A stretch of 63,772 nucleotides of DNA, filler included, from Folioceros fuciformis (GCA_049999805.1; 7 parts of 7 records of this genome joined end to end with filler, not necessarily neighbours in it); one strand, 5' to 3'; numbered from the whole stretch's first letter, positions 47,943 through 62,156 are shown. Notes: generated by a model from the sequence alone, not told the origin. A program made the numbers and translations.

Positions 47943-50900
47943 CTTCACACGCTGCCATTGCTGCGCCTCTGTATTCAGCTTCTGTACTAGACAAAGCCAC
48001 TGTAGGCTGCTTCTTGCTACTCCATGTAATTGCTGCACTCCCAAGTGAAAAAATGAATCCACTTGTAGATCTACGATCAGTAACACTGCCTGCCCAATAT
48101 GCATCTGTGTATCCACACAGGTTTATTTCTAAATCTGCAACATAAAAGAGAGCATGATTCATAGTTGCCTTCACATAGCGCAACGTTCGCCTTACTGCAT
48201 CCAAATGTGGCTTTCTTGGTGCCTGCATAAACTGACTTTGCAATCCCACTGTATAGTTCAAATCTGGTCGGGATAGAGTGAGATATATCAAGCTACCCAC
48301 AATCTTCGTGTACATTGTTGGATCTTCAAGTGCTTCACCATCATGAGCACTGAGCTTTAGATTTTGATCCAAAGGAATCGAGATTGGCTTGCACTCAACC
48401 ATACCATACTTAGTTAGTACATCCGACGCATACTTCCGCTGTGACAGCCAAATGCCTGTGTTGGTTCGTATAATTTCAATGCCCAAAAAGAACCTCAGTT
48501 CACCTAGGTCTGCCATCTTGAACTCTTGTTGTAGAAGTTCCTTGATCTGCTCCACTTGATCCAATTGATTACCTCCAATGATTAGATCATCCACATAAAT
48601 GGTCACAAAGACCAGTCGTTTTGTACTTTTGCACACATACAACGAATGATCCGCATCTGCCATGTTGAATCCGATGTGAATCAGATGCTGAGCAAGACGC
48701 TCATGCCAAGCCCTCGGGGCTTGCTTCAGTCCGTACAACGTTTTTTTTCAGCTTGCACACATGATTTGGATGATCCAAATCCTCATAACCTGGTGGCTGG
48801 TCCATGTATACTTCTTCCAGCAATTCTCCATGTAAAAACGCATTCTTCACATCCATATGATGTAGGACCCAACCTTTCGATGCCGCTAGTGCGATCACGG
48901 TTCAAATTGTTGCCATTTTGGCAACTGGACTGAACGTCTCCTCAAAATCTATTCCATATGTCTGGGCATATCCCTTGGCCACAAGCCTTGCCTTGTACCT
49001 GTTGATACTACCATCTGCGTTGTGTTTGACCTTGTACACCCATTTGCAACCTATTGGTTTCTTGCCTTCAGGTAGTTGTACTAGGTCCCATGTTGCATTC
49101 TGATTTAACGCATTCATTTCTTCATCCATAGCATGTTCCCACTTTGTGTCTCCAATAGCTTCTTCAAAGCTTCTTGGTTCCACATCCTGTACAACCTTTG
49201 CCATATAGGCATGGTGCCTAGCTACATAGCTATCATAGGTCAACCGCTGTATTGGAACCTTCTGCCTTCCAGATCTCCGTGGGATTGAACCACTTCCAGG
49301 GGCTGATTGAACCTCTTTTGCACCAGGTGTTTCGATTTTCGGTACACCGAATTCCTCATCCAGGCTCTACTCAGAGTCGCTTGAATCATCCGCACCTGCA
49401 CTTAGGTCTGGTATCTTTGAATCCTGGACTTTTTCCTTCCCTTTGCGAGACACAGCTGTGGAGCTCGTAGGACTCACACTACCTCGCAACTTGCCACTCC
49501 ATGGATTCTGAACATTTGTCGAGTTTGATGACGCTTGCGGTCCACTCAACACTTGTGATTGTTGACCTGCATTGCTTGTTACCTCAGTTTCAAGCACATC
49601 AGCTACACTACTTCCTTGTACTTCAAAGTACCAGCTACCCATTTCATCAAAGACTACGTCTCTGCTTACTCTCATAGTCCGTGTACTGGGATTGTAGCAC
49701 CTGTATCCTTTCTGTGTAACAGAATACCCAATGAAGACACACTTTTCTGCTTTTGGATCAAGCTTAGTCCGCAACTCATCCGGAATATGGACATAAGCAA
49801 TGCAACCAAATACCTTTAAGTGTGACAAGTCAGGTTTCTTCCCTGTGAACTTCTCCTCCGGTGTTACACTGTGCACCGCTGCTGTGGGAGTTCTGTTCAT
49901 GATGTACACTGCTGTGCTTATAGCTTCAGCCCAATAGTAGTGAGGCATCTTCTTCTCTGTCATCAATGCTCTCGCCACTTCTGCTATGTGCCTGTTCTTG
50001 CGCTCTGCAACTCCATTTTGTTGTGGCGTATAACGACATGTGTACTACCGTTGAATGCCCTGTTCTGATAAGAATTTGCTGAACTCTCTGGAGAAGTACT
50101 CTCCCCCTCCATCAGATCTTAGGCATTTGATGTGCCTACCTGTCTGCTTCTCAACCATCGCCTTGAAAGTATGAAAATGAGTGATCACTTCACTTTTTTC
50201 TTTCATGAAATAGACCCACACCTTCCTTGTGTGGTCGTCAATGAAGGTCACATAGTACTTGCAGCCTCCGATTGATGCAGTCTGTGTAGGACCCCATACA
50301 TCTGAATGCACAACATCCAACACATATCTGCTGACATGTTTGTCATGGGGGAACGCATTCCTAGGCTGTTTCCCAAGTTGACATGCTTCACATATACCTT
50401 GCAGTCCATTTTCTGTAAGCTTGGGTATGCCTGTGACAACCTTCTGATGCTGCATGGACTTCAACTTCTGCACATTTACATGTCCAATGCGTTTGTGCCA
50501 CATCTCTAGGTCTGTCACTACCCTTGTACCCTTCGCAAACATGGCTGACTTCGGCTTAGGAACCTCCACGTTCAAGGTGAACATCCGTCCAACCTTCTGT
50601 CCTTGAGCAATCAGGCGACCGCCTTTCTTGCACTCTTCAACAAAGAGTCCTGCAGGTGTAAATCTAACCTGCAGTCCTCGCTCAACCATCTGCCCAACTG
50701 ACACCAAGTTCTTTGTGATGTTGGGTACGTGAAGAACATATACCAGGCACTTCACTTTGCCATCCTGCATCTTCAGAGGTACAGTTCCTGTATGCACAAT
50801 TGCATGTGTTGTGTCATCTCCAGTTTCTACATATCCAGGTTTGTCAAGCACTTGCATTTCTTTGAACCACTCCCCATGGCATGTCATGTGGTTCGAAGCT

Positions 50901-52469
50901 CCTGAGTCCACATACCACACAATCTCACCATTGTTGGATCCATTAGCAGACACAGAGTTAAGCATATGCTGCATGACAAACAAGTTTTCTGAGTCATTCT
51001 GACTGCTGCTAGAGGCATAATTGTTCTGCTGCCTCCTGTTGCCTTGATTTCTCCTTGGACAATCTCTTTCGAAGTGGTCTAACCTACCACAAGTCCAGCA
51101 ACCATTATTGTCTGCATTTGCATCATTTTGTTGTTGATTTCCACGTCCTCTTTGACTCCCCCAGCCTCGAGAATTTTCTCCTCTTCCACGTGTACTCTTG
51201 TACTGGGACTCCTGATTCTGTTGTTGATTTTGGTGGGGATTCCGACCTCTACCACCTCTTTGCCCTCTGCCACCTTGGGCTCTACCTCTGCCTCTGCCAG
51301 AGTAGAAGGCCTGCTCAGAGTTTTCCTTAGGCTTAGAGGATGATTCCTCGCCTAGGTTTTTCTCCTCTATGATCAACATAGAAATCAGGTCTGAGAAATT
51401 GGGAATGTTTTCCCGAGTCTGTATGGAAGTCTTGAACTGCTTGTAGGCAGGTGTTAACCCGTGCAAGCAAACTTCGACCTTGTCATCATCTTCCACACTG
51501 ACACCAATGGACGCAAGGGATTCCACTATCCCTTTGATCTTTAACGCGTACTCATTGATTGATAAGTTCTTCTTCATAACTGTGTTGAAGTCATTCTTCA
51601 ACTGCAGTTTTCTCGCCTTCGTGTTAGTCTCATAGAGTTTTGCCAACTCATCCCATGCTTCTTTGGGCGACTCTGCATCCTGTATGTGCCCAATCATGGT
51701 GTCATGAATGCTGATTGACAGCCAATACATGACCTTCCGAGATCCTTGACTCCAATCCTTCAGCGCCTTAATCTGCNNNNNNNNNNNNNNNNNNNNNNNN
51801 NNNNNNNNNNNNNNNNNNNNNNNNNNNNNNNNNNNNNNNNNNNNNNNNNNNNNNNNNNNNNNNNNNNNNNNNNNNNTGAAAGAACCAAACTGCTTCTGAC
51901 TGGAGTTTTACTCACAAGACCTTAAGTCTCTTCTTCCTAAGAGCAATCTGGTGCGGAATCACGCTGCCTTGCGTGAACCAGATTGTCTCATGCTCCGTGT
52001 CCTTACAGACTCTTGACTGTCTGCCCACAAAGCTCCCGTGAGATTTCCTGTCAATTCCTTCCCTGCTGCCAAGCTAGGGTTAGCACACTTTCTTGCAGCT
52101 GCTGAGGCTATTGCAGCTGTTGCCTCCACTTGTCAGCCCTTCCACAGAGCTCTGGGGATCAACAGCTAGTCCAGTAAGCTGACAGGGCCTTGTTGCCCTT
52201 CTCCTCACTTCCTGCACACACCGATATGAGAGTTAGCTGCCGGGACGCTTGCTGCCGATCTCCCTCCAAGTTGCTCCAACTTCTCGTAGCTTCTTGCTAC
52301 CGATCTCCCTCCAAGCTGCTCCAACTTCTCGTAGCTGCTATAGCTTCTGGTGTGCACTCTTGTTGCCTCTTGCAGCACCTCCTACGCCGATCTTGCACCG
52401 CCTGCACCGGGCTCTAATACCATGTCAATAGGATCGACTCCAATCTACGTGCAAGTGTAGGAGAGGAGA
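47943..52469 (-). mobile_element. Ty1/Copia element, near-complete gag-pol with few lesions
   Basis: LTR end CA followed by PBS TGGTATTAGAGC (52422-52411). Then gag, [51 protein letters not shown] and RH up to the scaffold end. Confidence 0.95.
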
Positions 52470-52569
52470 NNNNNNNNNNNNNNNNNNNNNNNNNNNNNNN
52501 NNNNNNNNNNNNNTTAATTAATTAANNNNNNNNNNNNNNNNNNNNNNNNNNNNNNNNNNNNNNNNNNNN
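52470..52569. other. Artificial scaffold linker
   Basis: N-run + TTAATTAATTAA + N-run. Confidence 0.97.
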
Positions 52570-52816
52570 GCCTTGTGCTCGCTGTTAATCAATTTATCGA
52601 TCTATAAAAACATGAAAAGTGAGTTGCTCAGGTCCTACGCAAGATGTTCTAAGCTTAGCGGCGCAGTCAGGGACCTTACACGGTGAGGTTTATGGCCACA
52701 CAAGACTAGTAGTTGGGAGGTTTAATGAGTTCCTCACGTTTCTCTTGTGGTCGAGTATTTACGAACTATTTTTTAGCTGGTTTAAAATATGCATACGTAG
52801 CTAAGATATATTCAAT

Positions 52817-53009
52817 GAGTGGGAGTGTTAAGAAAATAAACGTTATTTTAGTACATTGGTTAGATATCTTAGGGCATCCCTAGGATGTTAGTTAGGTTAG
52901 TCATAGCAGTTGTAACTGCTCCTAGCTCCAAGAACATATATGTGTGGTGTTTCTCAATAAATACGCACACCTCTCTTAGATGCATAAGCGTGCATCTATA
53001 AAGTTTACA
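52817..53009 (+). mobile_element. PPT + 3' LTR of an LTR element nested in the integrase of the next Copia
   Basis: GAGTGGGAG followed by TGTTAAG...TTTACA; integrase coding (KIKIFRTNN) resumes directly afterwards. Confidence 0.6.
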
Positions 53010-55929
53010 ATTCCAAGCTTATGCGAAGAACCACAGTGAACAGAAGATCAAGATTTTTCGCACTAACAATGCAGAAGAACTCACAACACCACTTTTTGAG
53101 GGACATCTCCTCTCGCACGGGATCCAACACCAAAAGATAGTCCCCTATTCCCACCAACAATTGGGCAAGGCTGAGCGCCGCCATCGCTCCATTATGGACG
53201 GTGTTCGCAGCTCTCTTTACATTGCTGAACTCCCTAATTATATGTGGGCAGAGGCTGTTGCTTGTGTTTGCTACGTGCAGAATCGTTGTGGCACTTCCAC
53301 AGTTGCAGACAAAACACCTTATGAAATCCGGAAGGGGCAGAAACCAACCGTCAGCAATCTTCGGATCTTTGGCTGCACAGCTTACAACTATGTCCCGCCG
53401 GAGATTCGCAAGAAACTAGATCCTCGCTCAATCCCGCTTATCTTCGTCGGATATGGGGAAGATGTTGGCGTAAAAGGTTACTAGCTCTACAATCGCCACA
53501 TCCGCGGTTTTACGTTGGCTAGGAATGTAATCTTTGATGAAGCTTATGTTCTTACTACTCCTCCCCAAGATCCTCTACCAGCAGCCAGTGCAATGCGACC
53601 TTCGCCACTTCCTATTACCACGTTTAAGGAAGATGTCTTTCAGCCAACTCCTATTCCGGTGCCGCTTCCTAACCGTGCAATCCCTCCATTAGCAGCCACT
53701 CCACCCCCTGCGGTCACTCCGGCTGCTTCTTTTCCCTCCAATTTTTGGAGCTAACCCTCCCAATCCTTTCAACACTGATTGGCTTTTCGACGTAGACTCG
53801 GATTCTGATGGCCCATCGACAAGAGGGGACCCACTACTTGTGGATGACACCGATGGACCCTTACCACTCTTTGATCCTGCCTAGACATAGGGGGGGAATA
53901 GGAGCCGATCCTAATGTTGCTGAGCATGATGGACTTCAATCTTCTTTCGACAACACTACACGATGATCTACCAAGTCAAACGGAGGGATTCCAAGTGTAA
54001 AATTTCATGATCTCTCTTTTGACAAAGCTCAAGGCCTTTCTGCACATGCTCTCTTCAGTGCTGACATTGTTCCTGTTAAGGAAGCACCAGAGGGACCCAA
54101 ATCCAACTCTTGGAAACAGGCAATGGACAATGAATATTAATCCTTAGTTTCTAACAAGACATGGACCTTGGTTGATCCACCAAAAGGCCGAAACATTGTA
54201 GGCAGCAAATGGGTCCTAAGGAAGAAGCACAATGCAGATGGCTCCCTAGCCAGGTTCAAGGCCAGACTCGTAGAAAGGGGATTCACACAAAAGAGTGGAG
54301 TCAACTACTTTGAATCCATCATCTTCCGTCCGGTAGTTAATCTCACCTCTCTTCATGTGATGATAGACCTAGCTGCTCTATATGGTCTCGTTATACATGA
54401 GCTAGATGTGGGGACCACATTTCTCCATGGAATCTTAAAAGTTTAGAAATCTACATACAACTGCCTCTTGGATATGAAGTAAATAGCCAAGAATCAAAGG
54501 TCTACCTTCTTAAGAAAACTCTCTATGGACTGAAGCAGTCTCCGAGAGGCTGGTATGAGCGTCTCCTTCAGTATTTACTCAGCCTGGGTTATGTTAAAAG
54601 TTATGTCGACTCTAGCGTCTTCATAAGAAACAGGGGGCAGTAGATGCTTATGATGGGTCTCTATGTAGATGACTTGATCATAGTTTCAAATGATGAAAAG
54701 TACTTAGTGGAGTGCAAATATGTTCTTTGGAAAGAGTTTAAAATGACTGACAATGGGAGCATGTCATATTGCCTTGGCATTCAGGTTATTCAAAATCCAT
54801 CTAATCATACCATCACCTTGCATCAGGGTACGCATGTTTCTAACTTACTGACCAAGTATGAAATGTCAAGCTGCAAACCCGTAGAAACACCCGTGCAAAT
54901 CGGCCCAAGACTAAGCAAAATAATGTCACCTCAAGTAGATAAGGAAGCTACTGAGATGCAATAAGTTCCCTATGCAGGCGTAGTTGGCAGTGTTCAGCAT
55001 TTAGCTCAATACACTAGACCAGATGTAGCATGTCCTAATGGCCATGTTTCTCAGTTCGTGTCCAATCCTGGAAAGCTACATTGGGTGGCTGTTGAACGAA
55101 TCCTTGGGGACCTTCAGCGAACATGAACCCATGGAATTTCAGTACAAAGAAGGTCCTCATGCTGCAACCAAGCTTATAGGTTGGACTGATGCAGACTATG
55201 CATGCTATCCGAACTCTAGAAAATCCACAAGTGGCTGTGTTCATGCTTGCAGGGGAGCTGGAAGCCTTCCCGTGAGATGGAAGTTGAAGAAACAAATGTC
55301 GATTGCACAAAGCTCAGTTGAATCTGAATACATTGCAGTTGCCTCAGCCGCCAAGGAAGGACTATGGATCATTTAGCTCCTTCGAGACCTTGGTTACCCA
55401 CAGGATGGCCCTCTGGAATTAATGTGTGATAATACAGTTGTCATAGCTCTCTCAAAAGATCTAAGGTTTCATGAGTGATGCAAACACATAGAAGTACAAT
55501 ATCACTTCCAAACACATAGAAGTACAATATCTATTCCAAACACATAGAAGTACGATATCACTTTCTCCACCGTAAAGTGGACTTAGGAGCGCTAGTGTTG
55601 AAGTATGTCTCTACTGAAGACCAGCTCGCTGACATTCTTACCAAGCCCTTGGGGAAGATCAAACATGAGAGCTTCTATTCGGAATTAGGACTTGTTGATT
55701 TGTGATGTTTCAGATCATCTCGCTTCAAGGGGGGTGTGTGAAACCGGTTCCTTTCGTCAAGCTCGTTATTCTGAATAGGCATCATCATCGTAAGAGACAC
55801 GATTCAAATAGACGCGACTCCTCCTCGTACAGACTTGTTTAATACCTTTGTACATGCACATAATTAAAACACACACTTTGCATTCTCTCCTCTCAGTTGT
55901 GTGTGTGCTCTCCTTTACTTTGGTTCACA
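53010..55929 (+). mobile_element. Degenerate Copia INT-RT-RH with PPT and 3' LTR (55737-55929)
   Basis: MWAEAV, RFKARLV, LYVDD and ESEYIA motifs. PPT AAGGGGGG at 55727-55734; LTR TGTGAA...TTCACA with inverted termini. Confidence 0.9.
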
Positions 55930-56792
55930 CTCTAGCTTCATGCTCCGTTAGAACTGAGGGCGACTTCACTCTTCGTGAAGAGCGATACCGGACACCTAAC
56001 TTTCTGTTCCAACCTCTTCTCGGAGGCCTATAGTACGTTCGGTTTTTGCTGTTGCATGTCTTTTGTATTTGCAATTTGTTTCCCAGAGCCGCATTTGGAA
56101 GTTCTTGGAGCATGCATGTATGCTCTGTCATAGAATTGAAGGCTGAGTCTCACTTCTTATATGTGTGCGATTGTGGACAACCCTGCCCACGCCATATAAG
56201 TTGTGCTATGGTTGGAGCTTGCAGAGGAGTTCTGAGTCTGGGCCAGGCGGTAGCTGCTTCTATTTCTTGTTGCACGGAGTATAAGGTGGATGACCCTGCA
56301 GACTCCGAATGGTATAAGACAATAATCATGACTGGTGGCACATCTTCTTTTCCAGGACTACCAGCTATATGTCGGATCTCACGTTTGTAGTCTGCTGGCT
56401 TTGGTGTACATTCATTGCTTCCAAGGATCCATTCTTACCTCACTTATGTCACTTCCGTTCCCAGAGAGACTAGAGAAGGAGCTAAAAAAGTGCCTGCACA
56501 GTGACAAGAAAAACGGATTGAATGTTCTGTGCCCCATGCTAGGATTGGATGCTGCGTGGTTCGAGGCCAACATGTTGTGCAACGTAAGTGCCAAGCCTCC
56601 CCTTGCATACTTCCCTTCACTCATGCGCTCACACCCACACCTGCTAACATGTAACAAAGCGCCTCGTCTCTTTTGCCTTAGCTGAGTACTTTCGAGGAAG
56701 CATGGTGTGTAACAGTAGCACAATTCGAACAATTCGGACCAAGTGTCATCCACGCCTTGGCTCAAGACGACAAACCTGAAGTGCTTGCCTAG
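55930..56792 (+). pseudogene. ARP8: 3' exons of plant actin-related protein 8, disrupted by the Copia insertion
   Basis: EGDFTLREERYRT..LFQP, LGQAVA, WYKTIIMTGG, PGLP|ERLEKEL, NGLNVL..DAAWF and N|LSTFEEAWCVT, with introns retained. The coding exon begins immediately at the LTR end. Confidence 0.78.
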
Positions 56793-58347
56793 CACCAACA
56801 CCCGAAGAGGGATCGGATCAGAGGTGATGCTATATAGATTTGTCCCTCAATGCTGGCAAGTCAACATTTCCAACTCACTAGAAATTCGGGGATTGAGGAA
56901 TTCGTCTAACTCTGGTCACCAATTTGACCCTTGTAGGACTTGAGTTTTCCTTTGTCAACATATGTTTTTCTCGGTGGGGATTGCCTATCGGAGGAACCAA
57001 AGATGAAGGCCGGATTAACTACTACTGACCAGGCAATAAAATAGCAAATATAAAAAATATATATTCTTCAAACCAACTTCTCCTATAAAATTGAACAAGT
57101 TCAATGTAGAGCAAGGGCATGTTACAGTATAGTTTGGTTTGGTATCACAACTGAGCATTTGTGACAGGCGAGAAGTAGTGATCAGAAATATACCAGTAGT
57201 AACTCAGTATCTAGTATAGATGCTCGTCATGTACACACCATGTCACGGGGCCCACCTGAGTATAGTACACCAGATTATTTTTTCCTCTCTCCATACAGCT
57301 TATGGACCGATGGGGACACACAAGGTTTTGTTTAGGGTTCCTGCACAACATGGGCATGTTTTTAAGTACGAGTTACACACAAGAAAAAACTATTGCCGTC
57401 CTTGCATTGCCATGGGTTTAGGGTTCGTCTCGAGCACATTGCATCGAAGGGTGATTAGTTAGGAGTAGGACATCAGGAAGGAGGAGAAGGAGCCCTGCAT
57501 GCGTGACGAGCCTGCCATGTCATCATGGGCTGTAAAATAGCTTTGCACACAAGAGGCCGGTTAGGGGTGTGCGTGGAGGCAAGAGAGATGGGTGCACACA
57601 AGATAGAACAATGAACTGCAAGGTCTACTACGAACCTTGCTTGTGGAGGATGGATGCTGAACCACAAACCCTAACCCTAACCAAAAACAAGAAAGTGAAT
57701 GACTGTGAGTGGGAGATGGATCCGAACGGATGAGGGTTTGTCCCGATCGGGATGCCTAGATGGTGCCCGAGGACTGAAGGGGGTAGACGTGTTACATCCA
57801 AAAGTTTGGACTGTATACTACCGTGCAAAACTTTGTGTGAAAGCCAACATGACCGGTATTCCATAGCCCATGGCATATATTTAAAGGAATGGTTAAATAA
57901 GAAAAAAATATTTTAAAGCAAATTATTTATTTGATAGACCTTAGCCTTTGCCTTGACCTCGTCCTCTCCACAACCAAGAGGCCAACCTAGCCCTCCGCTC
58001 TTACTGGTGTGGCTACAAGGCCGAGGCTTGCGACGTGGAGCGCGGATGTGAAGCATACCTTGGCAAATAAGTGTTACATAGAGTCTTACAACCAATTTTT
58101 ACTTCGTTTTTTTATTCCTCAAGACAATTTATACTTCAGTAAAGTATCAAAATAGACCCTTTCAGTCTAAACTTGCAGGCCTAAAGTCATTTTATCTTAA
58201 AAAAAGAATTCTTTTTCTTTCTAAACAACCAAAAGAAAAACTATTCATAAACATGAAGGCACAAGATTTCATGGATTCATTTATCAACAAACCAAATACA
58301 GGATTCAAGGTTATTCGACGTTGCCAAACCTTAACGTATGTTAAAGG

Positions 58348-58587
58348 CCATGCATATTACCATCTCGGCACAAGTTTTAATAAGAGGCTATGCATGTTAC
58401 CATCTCAGCACAAGCTTTATCAAAGGCCATGTATGTTACCATCTCAGAACAAGCTTTATCAAAGACCATGTATGTTACCATTTCAATGTTACCATCTCAG
58501 TACAAGCTTTATTAGAGGTCATGTATGTTACCATTTCATCACAAGCTTTATCAAAGGCCATGCATGTTACCATCTTAGCACAAGCGT
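58348..58587. repeat. About 39-bp tandem repeat (about 6 copies)
   Basis: Consensus CCATGYATGTTACCATCTCAGCACAAGCTTTATCAAAGG. Confidence 0.88.
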
Positions 58588-59859
58588 TGTCAACATGGTA
58601 TTATAACGAGATATTTTCTAACCTTGCAGATTAATTGTATTATGAAATTGCATGAAAGATACATTATTCCTGCCATGGTAATATGCCATTTAAAACATAC
58701 AAATTAGACCATCAGATCTACACCCTATTGCATTCTTCACCACTTCCGTAAATCTTGGTATATCATGATCTTAGGCTCTAGTTGAGTTTCATTGAATTGC
58801 ATGGAAAGCATGTTTGTTGATAGAATTGGACTTATGTTTGCTGTGCTGTTGCACTAGTTGCTGCTAACTTTTCTTCCCATATTGCCCACAAATTTTACAC
58901 CAACCAAACTATCTTAGTCTCAACATTGTATTGAATCCATGGATACTTTCTCGATATGACTCCTGTCACTTCTCTGATGGTTAAGTTGTGTCTACTTCAA
59001 CTTCCTCATTATCATAGTCCTCCACATTCTCTGATGCTTCATCTGTAGGCCTCATCTGAGCAACTCGGAATGACTTGGATTGCTTAGACATCCTTACTAT
59101 GAATGGATTTGGATGTAGACACATATACTTGAACTTGTAATCTTAATGTAGATCTATAGAGTAAGAGTCTTTTATGTCTCGCTAATGCTAACGTACATCT
59201 ATAGAGTAGGAGTCTTTTATGTCTCGATAATCTTAACGTACTTAAGTCTCGCTAATCTTAAGGTACATCTATATAGTAGGAGAGTGTCTCGCAACTTCTG
59301 TTTTGAAAGTTGTTTTTTATTTTCATACTTAAAAATAAAAACTTATGTGATTTGATCTATGAATTATATTAACATTCTTAACTTTTTAATATAAATTATA
59401 ATACACAATTGAAGATATAAAATATATTTCTGAGTGCAAGAGTAAAAATTCGTATTTTTCTAAAAATAAAACTAAAAATCATTTTTCTAGGATTCTTGTG
59501 TGCCACTTTTTTTCACTTCAGTTGTAGGCTCAAAGCCATTTTTTTTGAAAAATGCCCCCCCTTTTCAAAGACTCATTTTCCGTCTCTGGCATCAATATCT
59601 CTAAACTTATTAATTTTTTTCTAACGCATCCCAAGAGATAGGTTTCTGTTATGTGATCTACCCAAAGCATATATTTAAAGGAATGATTAAATAAGAAAAG
59701 AAGTATTATGAAGATTATTTATTTGTTAGACCCCAGTGTTAACCTTGACCTTGCTTCAGCACAGGCTGTAGTGCATCAGCACAGGCTGTAGTGCATCAGC
59801 TGTGCTACTCACCTTTCGCATACAGGTTCATCAAATTGGTGGGAACAACCACACCTGCC

Positions 59860-60500
59860 TCAAGCCCATGTTTCATGAAACTGCCTTCCCAGGTTGAAAG
59901 CTGTCACACTCTCACATGCTAGTAGGAGGCAGACGAAGGTTGAAAACCTGGGGTGCAAAGAGCAACGGGATTTCTTCTTGCATATCTCTGTCCAGAGAGA
60001 GTGCATCCTGTGCCATGCCCTTTTGGACGTATGCTGCTATCATAGCATCATGGTCCACGTTACAACATTCTTTTCACCAAGCCCGTCAAACATGCCATGA
60101 GCGTTCTTTACGCTGTCACAATTTTGCATACATGTTAACCGAAGCCTTGGCTACAACCACAACAGCGTCAGGCCCAGACTCCTTCATTTCCCCATGAATC
60201 TGTTTCGCTTTGTCCAAAGCCAGGGTGCCCGCACATGGAAATGCTTGAAGAAGGCACACACATGTAACAGAGTTGGGTGCAAAGGTGCCTTCTCCTTGCA
60301 TGTGTCCGTGCATAAGAAAGGCTGCCTGCCCCATGCCCCTGCTGAGAATATCTTCCAGTGATGACATTCAGAGTTTCTGATCAGGTTGCTTCGAAGAAAG
60401 AAAGTAGAGCGTCATATAAGCTGCCACAATTGACATACATGTTCACTTAACGTCTGGCAATGAACGCATCAGCCTCTAGACTTATCCTCCAATCTGTGCA
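59860..60500 (-). pseudogene. Degenerate PLS PPR gene fragment
   Basis: PNSVTCVCLLQA...KQIHGEMKESG...VNMYAK and AMIAAYVQKGMAQDAL, with stops and frameshifts. Confidence 0.8.
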
Positions 60501-60967
60501 TGCAGCTGCCTGCCATACTCCAAGTCCTGGTTGCCCATCCTTGCACATGCCTGTAAGAGGCACGCAAGTGTTATGGAATCAGGTGCAAGAAAAGCTTCAG
60601 AAGGGTGCAGGCGAGAGATTGCTAAACGCAGCAGTGTGTGCACACGAGAAGCCCCAAACCTTCAACAGCCTCAAAGAGCTAGCCTAGCCCTGATGACGGA
60701 AATCCGCCACGGTTTCAGCCGTCACGCTACTTTGGTACCCTGCAGACTCAGGGCTAGTCGCACTGATTGCCAAGCAGGCTCCAGTTGCTTTTGGAGACAT
60801 CCTGCGCACTCTGGACCTCCCGGCACTCTCCGTTGCCCCGCTTTCTCTTCGCAGCCCGGCCCTCCCAGCACTCTCCGCTGCTCCTGCTGCTCTTCTTCTT
60901 CCTTCTTGCCTGCCATCTCACCGAAGAGTAGGTTTCCGCAAGATCTACGAAATCCCACCAGCCCTAC

Positions 60968-61067
60968 NNNNNNNNNNNNNNNNNNNNNNNNNNNNNNNNN
61001 NNNNNNNNNNNTTAATTAATTAANNNNNNNNNNNNNNNNNNNNNNNNNNNNNNNNNNNNNNNNNNNN
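60968..61067. other. Artificial scaffold linker
   Basis: N-run + TTAATTAATTAA + N-run. Confidence 0.97.
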
Positions 61068-61470
61068 CTTCGGCCAGCACCACTCTCAGCATGGCCCTGG
61101 ACGACGGCGTTCCAAGAAACCACATTCCTATCAGACAGCTCCTTGAACGCCTTTCGAGCACTCAACACCCCGCTCTTACAGCAGTCCAAGACACAAGGTC
61201 CTTCCCTCGCAATCCATCAAAAACCCTACGAGCATCCTCCAAGCTCCAACACTTGACATAGGTGTCAATGACGGTGTTCCTCACCAAGACGTGACCCTCA
61301 CAACCACTTTCCACGACAAGAGCACGAATCAACTTGTCAGCAGCCAGGGCAGCCATGCTGTCTCAGGCCCTTGACGGCACCTCCAAACACGTATTCATCG
61401 GGCTGCACAAACTCATCCCCCACATCCCACAGTGCAACCTCAAAGCCTGCTCAGCTCCTCCATGGTTTCC
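61068..61470 (-). pseudogene. Degenerate PLS PPR fragment
   Basis: NTVIDTYVKCWSLEDARRVFDGLRGKDLVSWTA and DRNVVSWNAVVQGH, with stops. Confidence 0.8.
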
Positions 61471-61834
61471 GTGACCTAAAATTGTGGAAACCGATGGCGT
61501 GGCATGCCATCGGTTTCCATAGCCGTGACATGCGACGAATTGCATAGTTTGTATAAGAAGCAATAAATTCTCTGCAGTCACGTTCTCATCAGATTGTCAC
61601 GGCCAGGTTTCGTGCAGAGGCTAGGATGGGTTGGTTTATGCGTTGCAGATTACTGGACTAGCACTCCGGCACACGATACCCAGTAGCAGCAGTTGCCACA
61701 CGAAACTGCAGATGGAACCCCATACTGCCCTCGGATTCTAACTGGGTCCTGCTTAGTTCGTGTTGTTTCACGGCACAGAACGTCGTCTGGAGATAGCACG
61801 ATCATTCCGAGAGAACCTGCTTGCTCCATTTCAT

Positions 61835-62150
61835 ACACGACGTACCTCCTGGCCGAGTCCATGCTGTGCATACTCAACAATCAGCACTGTACATGTCACT
61901 ACATCCTTTGAGGCCATGCTGTCAAAAAAAACCTTGCATGCACCCTTCCAGTGTCCACTACGCAGGTGCCCACCATCCTGTCATCCACTAGTCCTCTTCT
62001 CAAAATCTGAGACTGCAACTGCCTGTCCTGAGTTGCACTGCCTTTCTGTAAGGCTCCAGTGCTTCCAAAGGCCTTCAGAAGACCAGCAGAAACCACATAT
62101 CAGCGCATTCCATGTCACATCTTTGGAAGCCATGCTATCAAAAATTTGGT
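61835..62150 (-). pseudogene. PPR relic related to the GRP-type gene at 1-5809
   Basis: FDSMASKDVVT..LI..YAQHGLGQE and LLKAFGSTGALQKG, frameshifted. Confidence 0.75.
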
Positions 62151-62156
62151 CCACCC

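Noticed and set aside
5810-61067. Recurrent TTAATTAATTAA motif and apparent clustering of PPR genes, TEs and TIR1
   Set aside because: The motif is an artificial six-frame-stop linker inside N-runs; neighbourhoods across linkers are not biological.
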